Notes under the pieces: generated by a model
The model's input: only the letters and a program-made list of their open reading frames with translations
What the model was told of the DNA's origin: nothing
The model's database searches: none
Shown: in pieces, positions 47,657 through 56,553 of the stretch
Layout: the number at the start of each line of letters is the position of its first letter
Numbering within the stretch: position 1 is the first letter of the stretch
Translations under genes and position numbers: made by a program
Source of the DNA: Salinivirgaceae bacterium
GTDB lineage: Bacteria; Bacteroidota; Bacteroidia; Bacteroidales; SZUA-534
Length of the DNA: 64,000 nucleotides
Direction of reading: 5' to 3'
NCBI GenBank assembly: GCA_017474765.1
Contig: JAFVGW010000034.1
Span: forward strand, 22,502-86,501

Positions 47657-48562
47657 TTATTTTTTAAAAACCGCCTTGAATTCGTTCGGAATTTCCGATG
47701 TAAACTCCATCACCTCCTTGGTCATCGGGTGGGTAAATTCAATTTGCTGCGCGTGCAGACAAAGCCGTCCGCAGGGGTCGGTGACGGCACCGTACTTTCC
47801 ATCACCAGCAACTGGATGCCCGATGTGGCTCATGTGAATGCGGATTTGGTTTTTGCGCCCCGTCTCAAGTTCGAGCGCAAGCATCGAGAACCGACCATTG
47901 GTTTTCAGCACCTTATAATGTGTGATGGCACGTTTGCCCTTGCCTTCTTTGGTCACGTGCATCACCATGGTGTATTTATTCTCGTCAATCCAGGTGTCGA
48001 TGGTGCCTTCGGGCTCATCGGGGCAACCTTCGACAATGGCAATGTAGCGGCGGCTCTGAACGCTCTCGTTCCACGTTGTGCGCAGGCGGAACTGCACTTC
48101 CTCGCTTTTCGCGAAAATCAGTATTCCCGATGTGTCGCGGTCGATGCGGTGGACGATGAAAATGCACTCGCCTTCGCCCTTGAAGCGCATATAGGCGTCG
48201 AGATAGTTCTGCGCCGTCTGGTAGCGCTCGCTCTCGTTGCCCACTGTGAGCAGCCCCGTCTCTTTCTTCACCACAATCAGCCATTTGTCTTCCCAAATGA
48301 TTCTCAATCCTTTAGGCATTGGGAACACCGGGTCGGGCTTTTTGCCGATGAAGAGCGTCTGCCCCGCTTTTAGTTTGTCGGTGAGTTGGCGGAGAACAAC
48401 GCCGTCGGCCGTGATGGCGCCTTTCTGGAGCAGTTGCCGAATCGACGTTCGGCTCTTGCCCTGCATAATGCGCCCAAGGAACTCTTCAACCGTCTGGTCA
48501 GCCTTGACGGGATAGGAGTTGCCCTTCGGTTCCTGCTTCCGTGGTTTGTCGTTCATTCTCAT
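47657..48562 (-). CDS. RluA-family 23S rRNA/tRNA pseudouridine synthase (S4 domain + catalytic domain)
   Basis: S4-like region SRTSIRQLLQKGAITADG and catalytic motif HRIDRDTSGILIFAK, with a C-terminal ...RKNQIRIHMSHIGHPVAGD. Confidence 0.85.
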   Translation of the reverse strand: MRMNDKPRKQEPKGNSYPVKADQTVEEFLGRIMQGKSRTSIRQLLQKGAITADGVVLRQLTDKLKAGQTLFIGKKPDPVFPMPKGLRIIWEDKWLIVVKKETGLLTVGNESERYQTAQNYLDAYMRFKGEGECIFIVHRIDRDTSGILIFAKSEEVQFRLRTTWNESVQSRRYIAIVEGCPDEPEGTIDTWIDENKYTMVMHVTKEGKGKRAITHYKVLKTNGRFSMLALELETGRKNQIRIHMSHIGHPVAGDGKYGAVTDPCGRLCLHAQQIEFTHPMTKEVMEFTSEIPNEFKAVFKK

Positions 48563-48608
48563 AGCCAATAGAAAATAAAAGCCAACCACCTGACAATGAT
48601 TGACTTAT

Positions 48609-48683
48609 TGGTACCCCCGCTGAGAATCGAACTCAAATTTAAAGTTTAGGAAACTTCCGTTCTATCCGTTGAACTACAGGGGC
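48609..48683 (-). tRNA. tRNA-Arg (anticodon CCT), CCA encoded
   Basis: The reverse complement folds by hand into a cloverleaf. The acceptor is GCCCCTG/CGGGGGT (two G-U pairs), the D-arm GTTC/GAAC and the anticodon stem GAAGT/ACTTT. The anticodon loop is TTCCTAA, the T-arm is TTGAG TTCGATT CTCAG, the discriminator is A, and CCA follows. Confidence 0.85.
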
Positions 48684-48753
48684 AGAACGGGCGCAAAAGT
48701 AGCCAATCAATTTGAATTTGAAAATTGTGCCAGACGGTTTTCTGCATTCAGAA

Positions 48754-49698
48754 TCACTTCTGACTGAAAATTATTTCTGTATCAGTGATTTTGCAGTTCC
48801 AATTCATGGCTGTCGAGATTATTTCGGCAACCGATTCTGCCGTCGGATGGTCAAATTTGCCGCTGTATTGCACGTTGCGGGCCTCTTTTGGCAGGATTAT
48901 CTGGCGGTTGAGATAACTGCCAAGTTGCTTGACAATCTGCTCCAACGGCTTGTTGTCATAATTGAATGTACCTGTGTGCCAACCTATTACATTGTTGTCA
49001 AGGCTGTCGGGCTGAGCCACGGTTTTTGCTTTGCAGTCGAACGTGGCCTGCTGTCCTTTGACAACAATTGCGCTGTTCTTGCGGCTACCGAACGCCACTT
49101 TACCTTCAACCACAGCCAGTTCAACCGATTTTGCATCGGCATAGGCCGAAAGGTTGAACGCTGTGCCGAGCACCTTGGTGAATACTTTTTGCGGTGTTTT
49201 CACAACAAACTCATCGCCCGTGTGGCGCACCTTAAACATGGCCTCTCCGCTCAACGCAACGGAGCGTGTGTGTTTCTGACTGTTATATTTGTATGCTATC
49301 TTGCTGTTTTTGTTGAGCCATATGGTTGAACTATCGGGCAAGACAACCATTTCGGCCACATTGCCTGACTCATATTTGAAAATATTGTCGCTTTTGGCGG
49401 GAGCAAGCATGAAAAGGCCAACCAAAAGTGTGACTGAAGCGGCAATTGAAACCGCCCAAACAAAATTGTGACGTATGACGCGGTGGCTGACTCGGTTGCG
49501 GAACTGGTTCCACTCCTCGTCAATATCGACATCCATCTTGTAACTGATTTTTCCAGCGGCAGTCCAGACGCGGCTCAACTCGGCGAACTCGTCGGCGTTT
49601 GCGGGCTCACGCAGCCAATTGGCCAGCATCTGCTCCTCGCTTTCGGCGAGCGGGCTGCCAGTCAGTTTTTTTGCCAATATTTCTTGAATCGCGTCCAT
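48754..49698 (-). CDS. FecR-family anti-sigma factor
   Basis: It has an N-terminal cytoplasmic domain, one TM helix (WAVSIAASVTLLVGLFML) and a periplasmic FecR domain (...GEAMFKVRH...FVVKT...VLGTAFNL). It lies directly downstream of the ECF sigma gene. Confidence 0.8.
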   Translation of the reverse strand: MDAIQEILAKKLTGSPLAESEEQMLANWLREPANADEFAELSRVWTAAGKISYKMDVDIDEEWNQFRNRVSHRVIRHNFVWAVSIAASVTLLVGLFMLAPAKSDNIFKYESGNVAEMVVLPDSSTIWLNKNSKIAYKYNSQKHTRSVALSGEAMFKVRHTGDEFVVKTPQKVFTKVLGTAFNLSAYADAKSVELAVVEGKVAFGSRKNSAIVVKGQQATFDCKAKTVAQPDSLDNNVIGWHTGTFNYDNKPLEQIVKQLGSYLNRQIILPKEARNVQYSGKFDHPTAESVAEIISTAMNWNCKITDTEIIFSQK

Positions 49699-49716
49699 AA
49701 TGATTCTTACCTTTCG

Positions 49717-50280
49717 CTATAAGAACAAACAAACAAGGTTTAACCCTACCCCAAAAATCAAAAAATTTCCAATTATTTCCATATAAGGTTTCAACGTATC
49801 ACGTAACTCCCTGAGTGCCTTGGTGATATATTTTTCAACAGATTTTATCGAAATATCCAAAGTCTCGGCAATTTCTTTGTTGCTCAATCCCTCGAACCGA
49901 CTTAATGAGAACACCGTCTGGCATTTTCCCTGCAACTTTTCAATTGCGTTGCGGACAGCGGCCTCGACTTCTCCGTTGAAGAAGTCGGAACCTTCTGGGG
50001 TTACCATGCTGCCAAGTTGACTTTGTGTGTACTCCTCCTCGAGTTGGATGCGCTTATGTCGGTCGATGTAATTCAGTCCCAGATTGACAATCGAGCGGTT
50101 CAGATATGAGCGAATGTTGGTTTGCAGGTCGACATCCTCCCTCCTATTCCACAGGTTCACAAATGCCTGCTGTGTGATGTCGCGCGCCGCATCGTGGTCC
50201 TTGACAATCGTATAAGCGAAGTTACACATATTGGCAAAGTTGGCGCGGAACAAATTCTCGAACTCTCTTTCAGCAATCAT
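49717..50280 (-). CDS. ECF (sigma-70 family) RNA polymerase sigma factor
   Basis: Region 2 (DAARDITQQAFVNLWNRRE) and the region 4 HTH (LSNKEIAETLDISIKSVEKYITKAL). Confidence 0.85.
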   Translation of the reverse strand: MIAEREFENLFRANFANMCNFAYTIVKDHDAARDITQQAFVNLWNRREDVDLQTNIRSYLNRSIVNLGLNYIDRHKRIQLEEEYTQSQLGSMVTPEGSDFFNGEVEAAVRNAIEKLQGKCQTVFSLSRFEGLSNKEIAETLDISIKSVEKYITKALRELRDTLKPYMEIIGNFLIFGVGLNLVCLFL

Positions 50281-50523
50281 TCTAAACCGTTGTTTCTATG
50301 GCACAAATTTAATCAAGATATTAACCATTTCACTTGTCGGATGTCAAATATGCAAGTTTTTAGAACACAGATTACACCAATTGAACGTAGTACACATTTT
50401 TTATTTGTAGTTAGATTGAATGAGTACTATTTCGTTGCTTTCCGCCTGTATTTGCAAATATACGAAGTTTTCACTTCCCATTCCGCCCTATCCTGCCAAC
50501 GTTGTTAAATTATTTGCAACCGA

Positions 50524-50541
50524 TTGCAACAAATGTTGCAA
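50524..50541. promoter_or_regulatory. Perfect palindrome TTGCAACA-AA-TGTTGCAA upstream of the LacI-family gene (candidate operator)
   Basis: 8-nt arms separated by 2 nt, 36 nt upstream of the ATG at 50577. A half-site, TTGCAAC, also occurs at 50514-50520. A second palindrome, ATGTTTG-cctgt-CAAACAT, lies at 50551-50569. Confidence 0.45.
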
Positions 50542-50576
50542 AATTATATTATGTTTGCCTGTCAAACATTCGGAAA

Positions 50577-51592
50577 ATGGAAAAGAGCGAGATAACCATC
50601 TACGACATTGCCAAAGAGTTAGGCATCTCGGCATCGACCGTGAGCCGCGCGCTGAACAACAACGCAAGCGTGAGCCAGAAAACGCGGCAGGAAGTGGCCG
50701 ACTGCGCCGAGCGGCTCGGCTACCGCAACAACCCGTTTGCGGCAAACCTGCGCAAGGGCACAACCAACACCATCGGCGTGATTGTGCACCGCCTGGACAG
50801 CCTTTTCATATCGGCTTTCTTGAGCGGGGCCGAGAAAGCGGCGGCTTCGCGCGGATACCAACTCATTATTGTTCAGTCGTTTGAAGACTCGAACAAAGAG
50901 ATTGCCAACGCCAAGACAATGCTCGAAAAGCGCGTCGACGGACTGCTGGTGGCCGTGGCCAAAAACAGCGACTCGGTGGCGCACTTCAAGCCGTTCAACA
51001 ACTTCGGCATCCCGCTCGTCTTCTTCGACCGAATCATACCCAACCTTGACTGCGCAAGTTTCTCGATTGACAACTACTCGGCAGCCTGCAAAGTGGCCAC
51101 TCACCTTGCAGAGCAAGGCTGCCACGACATTGTGCACGCCACCATCGAATCGACATCAATGGTCTATCGCGAGCGCGAGCGCGGATTCAACGAGACGCTC
51201 GACAGGCTCGGAATCAAGCACCGCACACTACTAAGCCGAACATCGATTTTGAGTCGGGTAAGGATTTGGCCAACTCACTGAAAGCCAGCGGACAAATGCC
51301 CGACGGCGCGTTCTTCAGCAACGATATGTCGGCGGCGGGATTCATCACGGGCGTGCAGGATTTGGGAATGAAAGTGCCTGACGACGTGGCAGTTGTGGGC
51401 TTCAACAACGACATCACAAGCCGCATTGTGAAACCCAACCTGACAACCATCAACTACCCCGCCAACGAACTCGGCACAATGGCTACAAACCATATTATCG
51501 ACCACCTGCAAGGCGTTAACAATCTGTATGTTACCAATCAGGTGGTGCTGAAATCGGATTTGATTGTAAGAGAGTCATCTATAAGGCATTAG
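50577..51592 (+). pseudogene. LacI-family transcriptional regulator interrupted by a single frameshift near 51220
   Basis: The N-terminal HTH (ITIYDIAKELGISASTVSRALNN) and sugar-binding core are in one frame up to about 51225. The C-terminal part (TTKPNIDFESGKDLANSLKASGQMPDGAFFSNDMSAAGFI...) continues in another frame to 51592. The combined length of about 338 aa is typical for LacI. Confidence 0.75.
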
Positions 51593-51726
51593 GCAAAAGG
51601 CACTAGGCATTAGAGTGGAATTACGAATTATGAATTACGAATTACGATTCACCGATTAAACGATTAAACAATTCACCGATTCACCGATTAAACAATTCAC
51701 CGATTCACCGATTAAACGATTCACCG
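51584..51726. repeat. Back-to-back tandem arrays: nine 7-nt units then ten 8-nt units (ATTCACCG/ATTAAACR)
   Basis: The 7-mers at 51584-51646 are aggcatt aggcaaa aggcact aggcatt agagtgg aattacg aattatg aattacg aattacg. The 8-mers at 51647-51726 are attcaccg attaaacg attaaaca attcaccg attcaccg attaaaca attcaccg attcaccg attaaacg attcaccg. The array begins inside the last 3 codons of the LacI ORF. Confidence 0.9.
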
Positions 51727-51760
51727 AAAAGAAATAATTCACCAATTAAAATATAAGGCA

Positions 51761-53872
51761 ATGAGAATCAAAAATTTAACATCGATTACGTTTGTGGCGG
51801 CGGGGCTGCTGGCCTTGGCTTCGTGCTCAAACAACAACAACACGCGCACAACCATCGGCGACGACGGTCATCTGCTGTGGTTCAACTCGTTACAAATGGA
51901 AGCGCCCGCAACGCTCGGCCCGACGACCTTGCAGATTGCGCAGGAAAACATTGCAAAATATTGGAAATCAGACCGCAAGGTTGACCTGAAACTGAACAGC
52001 GAGGCTGCGGCCGAACTCGGAACGGAAGGTTTTGAAATCGATTTTTCGGGCGCAAACATCTGTGCGTCAGCCAATAGCGAAGTTGGTTTGCTCTACGCTT
52101 CGTACGAACTTCTGCGCCTTCAGGAAACTGACGGGCTGGCCGCTCAAAACGGCAAACTGACGAGCGTTCCCGCCTTCGAGCGCCGCGTGCTCAACCACTG
52201 GGACAACCTTGACGGCACTGTTGAGCGCGGTTTTGCGGGACATTCGCTTTGGAAATGGGACGAAATCAACGCCAACGACGTGGCCGCCAACAGCAATATC
52301 TACGCCGAGTACGCCCGCGCCAACGCGTCGGTGGGCATCAACGGCACGGTGCTGAACAACGTGAACGCCAACGCCGACATTCTGACCGAAGATTATCTGC
52401 TGAAAGTGAAGGCTTTAGCCGAAATTTTCCGCCCGTACGGACTGAAGGTCTATCTGTCGCTGAACTTTGCGGCGCCAAAACATCTGGCCAACCTTGAAAC
52501 ATCGGACCCGCTTGATAATGAAGTGGTTGCGTGGTGGAACGCGAAGGTGGCCGAAATCTACAAACTGATTCCCGATTTTGGCGGTTTTCTGGTGAAAGCC
52601 AACTCTGAAGGGCAGTCGGGACCGCAGGACTACGGCCGCACGCACGCCGACGGCGCCAATATGATTGCCAAAGCGCTCGAGCCGTTTGGCGGGATTGTTA
52701 TGTGGCGCGCCTTTGTGTACGACGCCAAAAGTCCCGATCGCGCAAAACAAGCGGTTGAAGAGTTTATGCCGCTCGACGGCCAATTTGCTGAGAATGTGCT
52801 GATTCAGATAAAGAACGGACCTGTGGATTTCCAACCGCGCGAGCCGTTCAGCCCGCTTTTCGGACAGTTTGAGAAGACACAGGCAATGGTTGAAGTTCAG
52901 ATAACGCAGGAATATCTGGGCCACTCGAACCATCTGGTTTACCTGCATCCAATGTGGAAAGAGTGCTTGGACTCAGACACTTACGAGCGTGGCGAAGGCT
53001 CAACCGTTGGCGCCATCACCGAAGGCAAGGTTATGCCATATAAATACACGGCCATTGCGGGCGTGAGCAACGTGGGCAACGACCGCAACTGGTGCGGACA
53101 CCATTTCGCGCAAGCAAACTGGTACGCCTACGGACGAATGGCGTGGAATCCCGAACTATCGTCGGAACAGATTGCAAATGAATGGCTTATGCAGACATTC
53201 TCGAAAGAGAAAAAGTTTGTTGAGCCTGTCGGGAAGTTAATGGTGGCATCGCGTGAAGCGTGCGTGAAATACGAAATGCCGCTCGGTCTGCACCACACCT
53301 TCAAGGGCCCCGACCACTACGGACCTGGCCCGTGGGACCGCTCAATCCGTCCCGACTGGGAACCTGCCTACTACCACAAGGCTGCCGCCGACGGCGTGGG
53401 TTTCGACCGCACAATGAATGGCTCGGGCGCCGTGGCACAGTATCACGAACCGCTGCAATCGCTCTACAACAACGTGGCCACCTGCCCCGAGAACCTGATT
53501 CTGTGGTTCCACCACTTGCCGTGGGACTATAAAATGAAGAGCGGACGCACGCTCTGGGACGAGTTGTGCCTGACCTTCCAGTCGGGCATCAACGACGCGC
53601 GCTCGTTCGTCGATATTTGGAACTCGGTTGAGCAATATGTTGACCACCAGCGTTTTGCCGACGTCAAGGCAAAACTTGAGCGCCAGGCGAAGGACGCCAT
53701 CTGGTGGCGCGACGCGACAATCCAGTATTTCCAGCAATTCTCAGGAATGGCTCTGCCCGAGGGCTGCCAGCCGTTCCAGCAGAAACTCGAAAAACTTATG
53801 AAGTACCGCATCGGCATCACCAACTACGAGAATCCGAAGATTGAAACGCTGCCTGAGTACAAACTGGAATGA
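51761..53872 (+). CDS. aguA: Alpha-glucuronidase (GH67)
   Basis: Lipoprotein signal (LLALASC). The length and the conserved blocks resemble GH67: DDGHLLWF, NHWDNLDGTVERGFAG, FGGFLVKANSEGQSGP and EVQITQEYLG. The family assignment is from memory. Confidence 0.8.
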   Translation: MRIKNLTSITFVAAGLLALASCSNNNNTRTTIGDDGHLLWFNSLQMEAPATLGPTTLQIAQENIAKYWKSDRKVDLKLNSEAAAELGTEGFEIDFSGANICASANSEVGLLYASYELLRLQETDGLAAQNGKLTSVPAFERRVLNHWDNLDGTVERGFAGHSLWKWDEINANDVAANSNIYAEYARANASVGINGTVLNNVNANADILTEDYLLKVKALAEIFRPYGLKVYLSLNFAAPKHLANLETSDPLDNEVVAWWNAKVAEIYKLIPDFGGFLVKANSEGQSGPQDYGRTHADGANMIAKALEPFGGIVMWRAFVYDAKSPDRAKQAVEEFMPLDGQFAENVLIQIKNGPVDFQPREPFSPLFGQFEKTQAMVEVQITQEYLGHSNHLVYLHPMWKECLDSDTYERGEGSTVGAITEGKVMPYKYTAIAGVSNVGNDRNWCGHHFAQANWYAYGRMAWNPELSSEQIANEWLMQTFSKEKKFVEPVGKLMVASREACVKYEMPLGLHHTFKGPDHYGPGPWDRSIRPDWEPAYYHKAAADGVGFDRTMNGSGAVAQYHEPLQSLYNNVATCPENLILWFHHLPWDYKMKSGRTLWDELCLTFQSGINDARSFVDIWNSVEQYVDHQRFADVKAKLERQAKDAIWWRDATIQYFQQFSGMALPEGCQPFQQKLEKLMKYRIGITNYENPKIETLPEYKLE

Positions 53873-54085
53873 GGAGTTAGGAATTAGGAGTTAGAAGTTA
53901 GAAGTTAGGATATGAAAATGGTGTTGGGTGTTGGGTGTTAGTTAATTACGAATTTTGAATTACGAATTACGACCACTGACTGAAGTCTGTTGTCCGTAGT
54001 CTGAAGTCCAAAACTAAACAATTCACAGATTCACCCTTCAATCCTTCAGTTATTCAATTAGTCAGTTAATTATCAATTAATTATA
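53873..54085. repeat. Composite word-array spacer between aguA and uxuA (7-nt units, several modules)
   Basis: The first module is ggagtta ggaatta ggagtta gaagtta gaagtta gga..., then tgttggg tgttggg tgttag. Together these are C-free for 71 nt. Next come aattacg aattttg aattacg aattacg and ctgaagtc..ctgaagtc. The last module is cacagattcacccttcaatccttcagttattcaattagtcagttaattatcaattaatta. The spacer shares exact 15-, 16- and 22-mers with arrays at 27693, 51632 and 4308. Confidence 0.85.
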
Positions 54086-54094
54086 AAACAATAA

Positions 54095-55318
54095 ATGGCA
54101 CTAGAAAAAACTTGGCGCTGGTTTGGGTTCAACGACCCAATCACGCTCGACAATTTGGTACAAATGGGTGTTGAAGGCGTTGTGACAGCCTTGCACCACC
54201 TTCCCATCGGCGTTGTATGGGAGAAAGACGAGATTATGAAAGTGAAGAACGCCATCGAGGCGAAAGGAATGCGCTGGAGCGTGGTGGAGAGCCTGCCCGT
54301 GAGCGAGGCCATCAAAACCTGCTCGGCCGAGCGCGACCTGCACATCGAGAACTACAAGAAATCGCTGCAAAACCTTGGCGAGTGCGGCATCGACACTGTC
54401 TGCTACAACTTTATGCCTGTGCTCGACTGGTCGCGTACATCGCTCACCTACAAGCACCCAGGCGGCGGCGAGGGACTGTATTTCGACTTCACAACCTTTG
54501 TGGCTTGGGACTGCTACATTCTCTGCCGCCCCAACGCCGAGAACGAATATCCCGCCGAGGTTGTGGCAAAGGCGAAGGAACTGTTCAAGACCTTCAGCAA
54601 GGAGAAATGCGAGGAGTTGACCTACATTATCATTGTGCTGACGCAAGGCTTTGTGAACGGCGTGATTGACGGCACCGTGAAAGACCCCAAAGCGCTGTTC
54701 CTGAAGTATATATCGACTTACAAAGACATTGACAAGGAGAAATTGCGCGCCAATATGAAGCGTTTCCTTGACGACGTGATTCCGACTTGCGAGAAGTACA
54801 ACGTGAACCTGTGCGTTCACCCCGACGACCCGCCGTACCCTGTTCTGGGAATGCCGCGCATCATCGGCTGTATGGACGACCTGGAGTGGCTGCGCAAAGC
54901 CAATCCGAGCCTGCGCAACGGCATCACCTACTGCACTGGCTCACTTTCGGGCCGCCCCGACAACGACCTGGTGGCCATTGCCGAGCGCTTTGCCGACGCC
55001 ATCCACTTTGTGCACCTGCGCAACACTCAGCACTTAGACGATTTCAGTTTCTACGAGTCGGGCCACCTGAAAGGCAGCCTTGATATGCCCGCCATTGTGG
55101 AGGCCTTGCTCAAAGAGCAGCAACGCCGCATCAAGGAAGGCCGCAAGGACATTCGTATGCCCTTCCGCCCCGACCACGGTATCCGCATCTTGAACGACCT
55201 TGACGCCGACAAGAACATCTACAACGCAGGCTACCCGCTCTGCGGCCGTATGCGCGGCCTAGCGGAAATCGCAGGTCTTATGACGGGTATTGAATATGAA
55301 ATGACAAAGAAGAAATAA
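54095..55318 (+). CDS. uxuA: Mannonate dehydratase
   Basis: N-terminus MALEKTWRWFGFNDPITL and internal ...CYNFMPVLDWSRT...VHPDDPP...IHFVHLRN..., typical of UxuA (from memory). Confidence 0.85.
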   Translation: MALEKTWRWFGFNDPITLDNLVQMGVEGVVTALHHLPIGVVWEKDEIMKVKNAIEAKGMRWSVVESLPVSEAIKTCSAERDLHIENYKKSLQNLGECGIDTVCYNFMPVLDWSRTSLTYKHPGGGEGLYFDFTTFVAWDCYILCRPNAENEYPAEVVAKAKELFKTFSKEKCEELTYIIIVLTQGFVNGVIDGTVKDPKALFLKYISTYKDIDKEKLRANMKRFLDDVIPTCEKYNVNLCVHPDDPPYPVLGMPRIIGCMDDLEWLRKANPSLRNGITYCTGSLSGRPDNDLVAIAERFADAIHFVHLRNTQHLDDFSFYESGHLKGSLDMPAIVEALLKEQQRRIKEGRKDIRMPFRPDHGIRILNDLDADKNIYNAGYPLCGRMRGLAEIAGLMTGIEYEMTKKK

Positions 55319-55345
55319 TCGGCTGGATTTCAACGATTTTACAGG

Positions 55346-55374
55346 GTAGAGACGCCACTTTGTGGCGTCTCTAC
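55346..55374 (+). terminator. Perfect hairpin with TAGAGACGC stem after uxuA (terminator-like)
   Basis: GTAGAGACGCCAC TTT GTGGCGTCTCTAC followed by GTGTTTT. It has the same stem core as the hairpin at 27738-27772. Confidence 0.6.
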
Positions 55375-55430
55375 GTGTTTTAGGAAAAGATTGAACGTGT
55401 TTTCTTTATACACCAACCGATTCTTCCGAT

Positions 55431-56402
55431 TTAACTTGGAACGTTAAACTCCATTGTCTCAACATTTTCGCATCTCTCAAAGCCATCAGCGGCAAGTTGT
55501 TTGATGACCGCGTCTGTTATCTGCACAGCAGTTTGCCGCATTGCGAAAAACTTTTTAGTCCGCGCGTTTTCCAAATAGAAATGCGCGATGATTCTGTCAA
55601 AACCCAAATGCCCCAAAGCCCAAATAATATCCCCGACATTTGGCAAATCCATCAGTGTGAAATCGGGAATGAAACGCTCCTGCAACAGCAATTGTTTGAT
55701 GATGGTCATCGACAGGATGGTGTACGCTTCGCCTTCAGTAACAGGCAGATGCCGACGGGCTGCAACGTGAAGGAACTGGTGCATTTCAAGCCGCGAACGG
55801 TCGATTGAAAAGCCGTCGGGCAGGCGCAGGCAAACCGACGAATAGCGGTAATCGGCTGCCAACTGCTCCCAATTGGCCACAATGAACTCCTGCGGAAAAT
55901 AGTGCGTGATAAGCCGCGCGGCCTCAAAATCGTGGCACATACGCCAAATGGCCTCAACGGCTTTTGCATACTGCGGGTCGTAGTGTTTGTCAAGAAACTC
56001 CAAAACCCAACAGCGGTCGGTTTTGACTTCGGTGTCGAGAAAAGCATAGATGGTGCGCTTCTGCTCATCGGCCGACAGATATGGCAAGCGTTCGCGCAAC
56101 TCCTTGCGAGCCGCTTGTTTATTTCCTTTCTCCGCCAGGAAATCGGCCAACACCTCACCAAACTGTCGGTACTGCGGCAACGGCAGGGGCTCATAGCGGT
56201 GCTCTCTGTTCTCCTCTTCCCGATTAAGGCTGTAGAGAATGTTTGAAATCCTCATCGAATCGTTCTGCCGGGTTAATTTTTCCTTATCGGTATCGGACAA
56301 GGCACAGACCAAAGCCCGAAGAATCTGCTGGTCTATTTCCGAAGTGGCAAGTTGCGATATTCTTGCCACCGGCTCAGCCGCCAATAAATCTGAATGTTCC
56401 AT
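55431..56402 (-). CDS. Hypothetical protein (323 aa, predicted all-helical), no recognisable motif
   Basis: Long intact ORF with normal composition and no signal peptide or TM helix. It lies inside the uxuA-end-bracketed segment. Confidence 0.55.
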   Translation of the reverse strand: MEHSDLLAAEPVARISQLATSEIDQQILRALVCALSDTDKEKLTRQNDSMRISNILYSLNREEENREHRYEPLPLPQYRQFGEVLADFLAEKGNKQAARKELRERLPYLSADEQKRTIYAFLDTEVKTDRCWVLEFLDKHYDPQYAKAVEAIWRMCHDFEAARLITHYFPQEFIVANWEQLAADYRYSSVCLRLPDGFSIDRSRLEMHQFLHVAARRHLPVTEGEAYTILSMTIIKQLLLQERFIPDFTLMDLPNVGDIIWALGHLGFDRIIAHFYLENARTKKFFAMRQTAVQITDAVIKQLAADGFERCENVETMEFNVPS

Positions 56403-56553
56403 AGTTGCGCTTTCGTAATAGTTTGTTCAACATTTCGCGCAAACGTACAAAACGGATTTCCATTCATCGGCTCCAGCAGAACAAGATGACGAACGGCGAG
56501 ATTTGTGTGACAAGCAGTCAGAAATAAATGGCAGACGCGCGGACGGCGAACAA

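Noticed and set aside
48712-49329. 205-aa plus-strand ORF opposite the FecR gene
   Set aside because: It is antisense to the FecR-family ORF, which is properly paired with the ECF sigma gene.
51584-51726. Possibility that the tandem arrays are a CRISPR array
   Set aside because: The units are only 7-8 nt and contiguous, with no spacers. There are no cas genes anywhere in the window.
54101-54820. 239-aa minus-strand ORF and several plus-strand off-frame ORFs within uxuA
   Set aside because: They overlap the well-supported uxuA frame and have no independent motif support.
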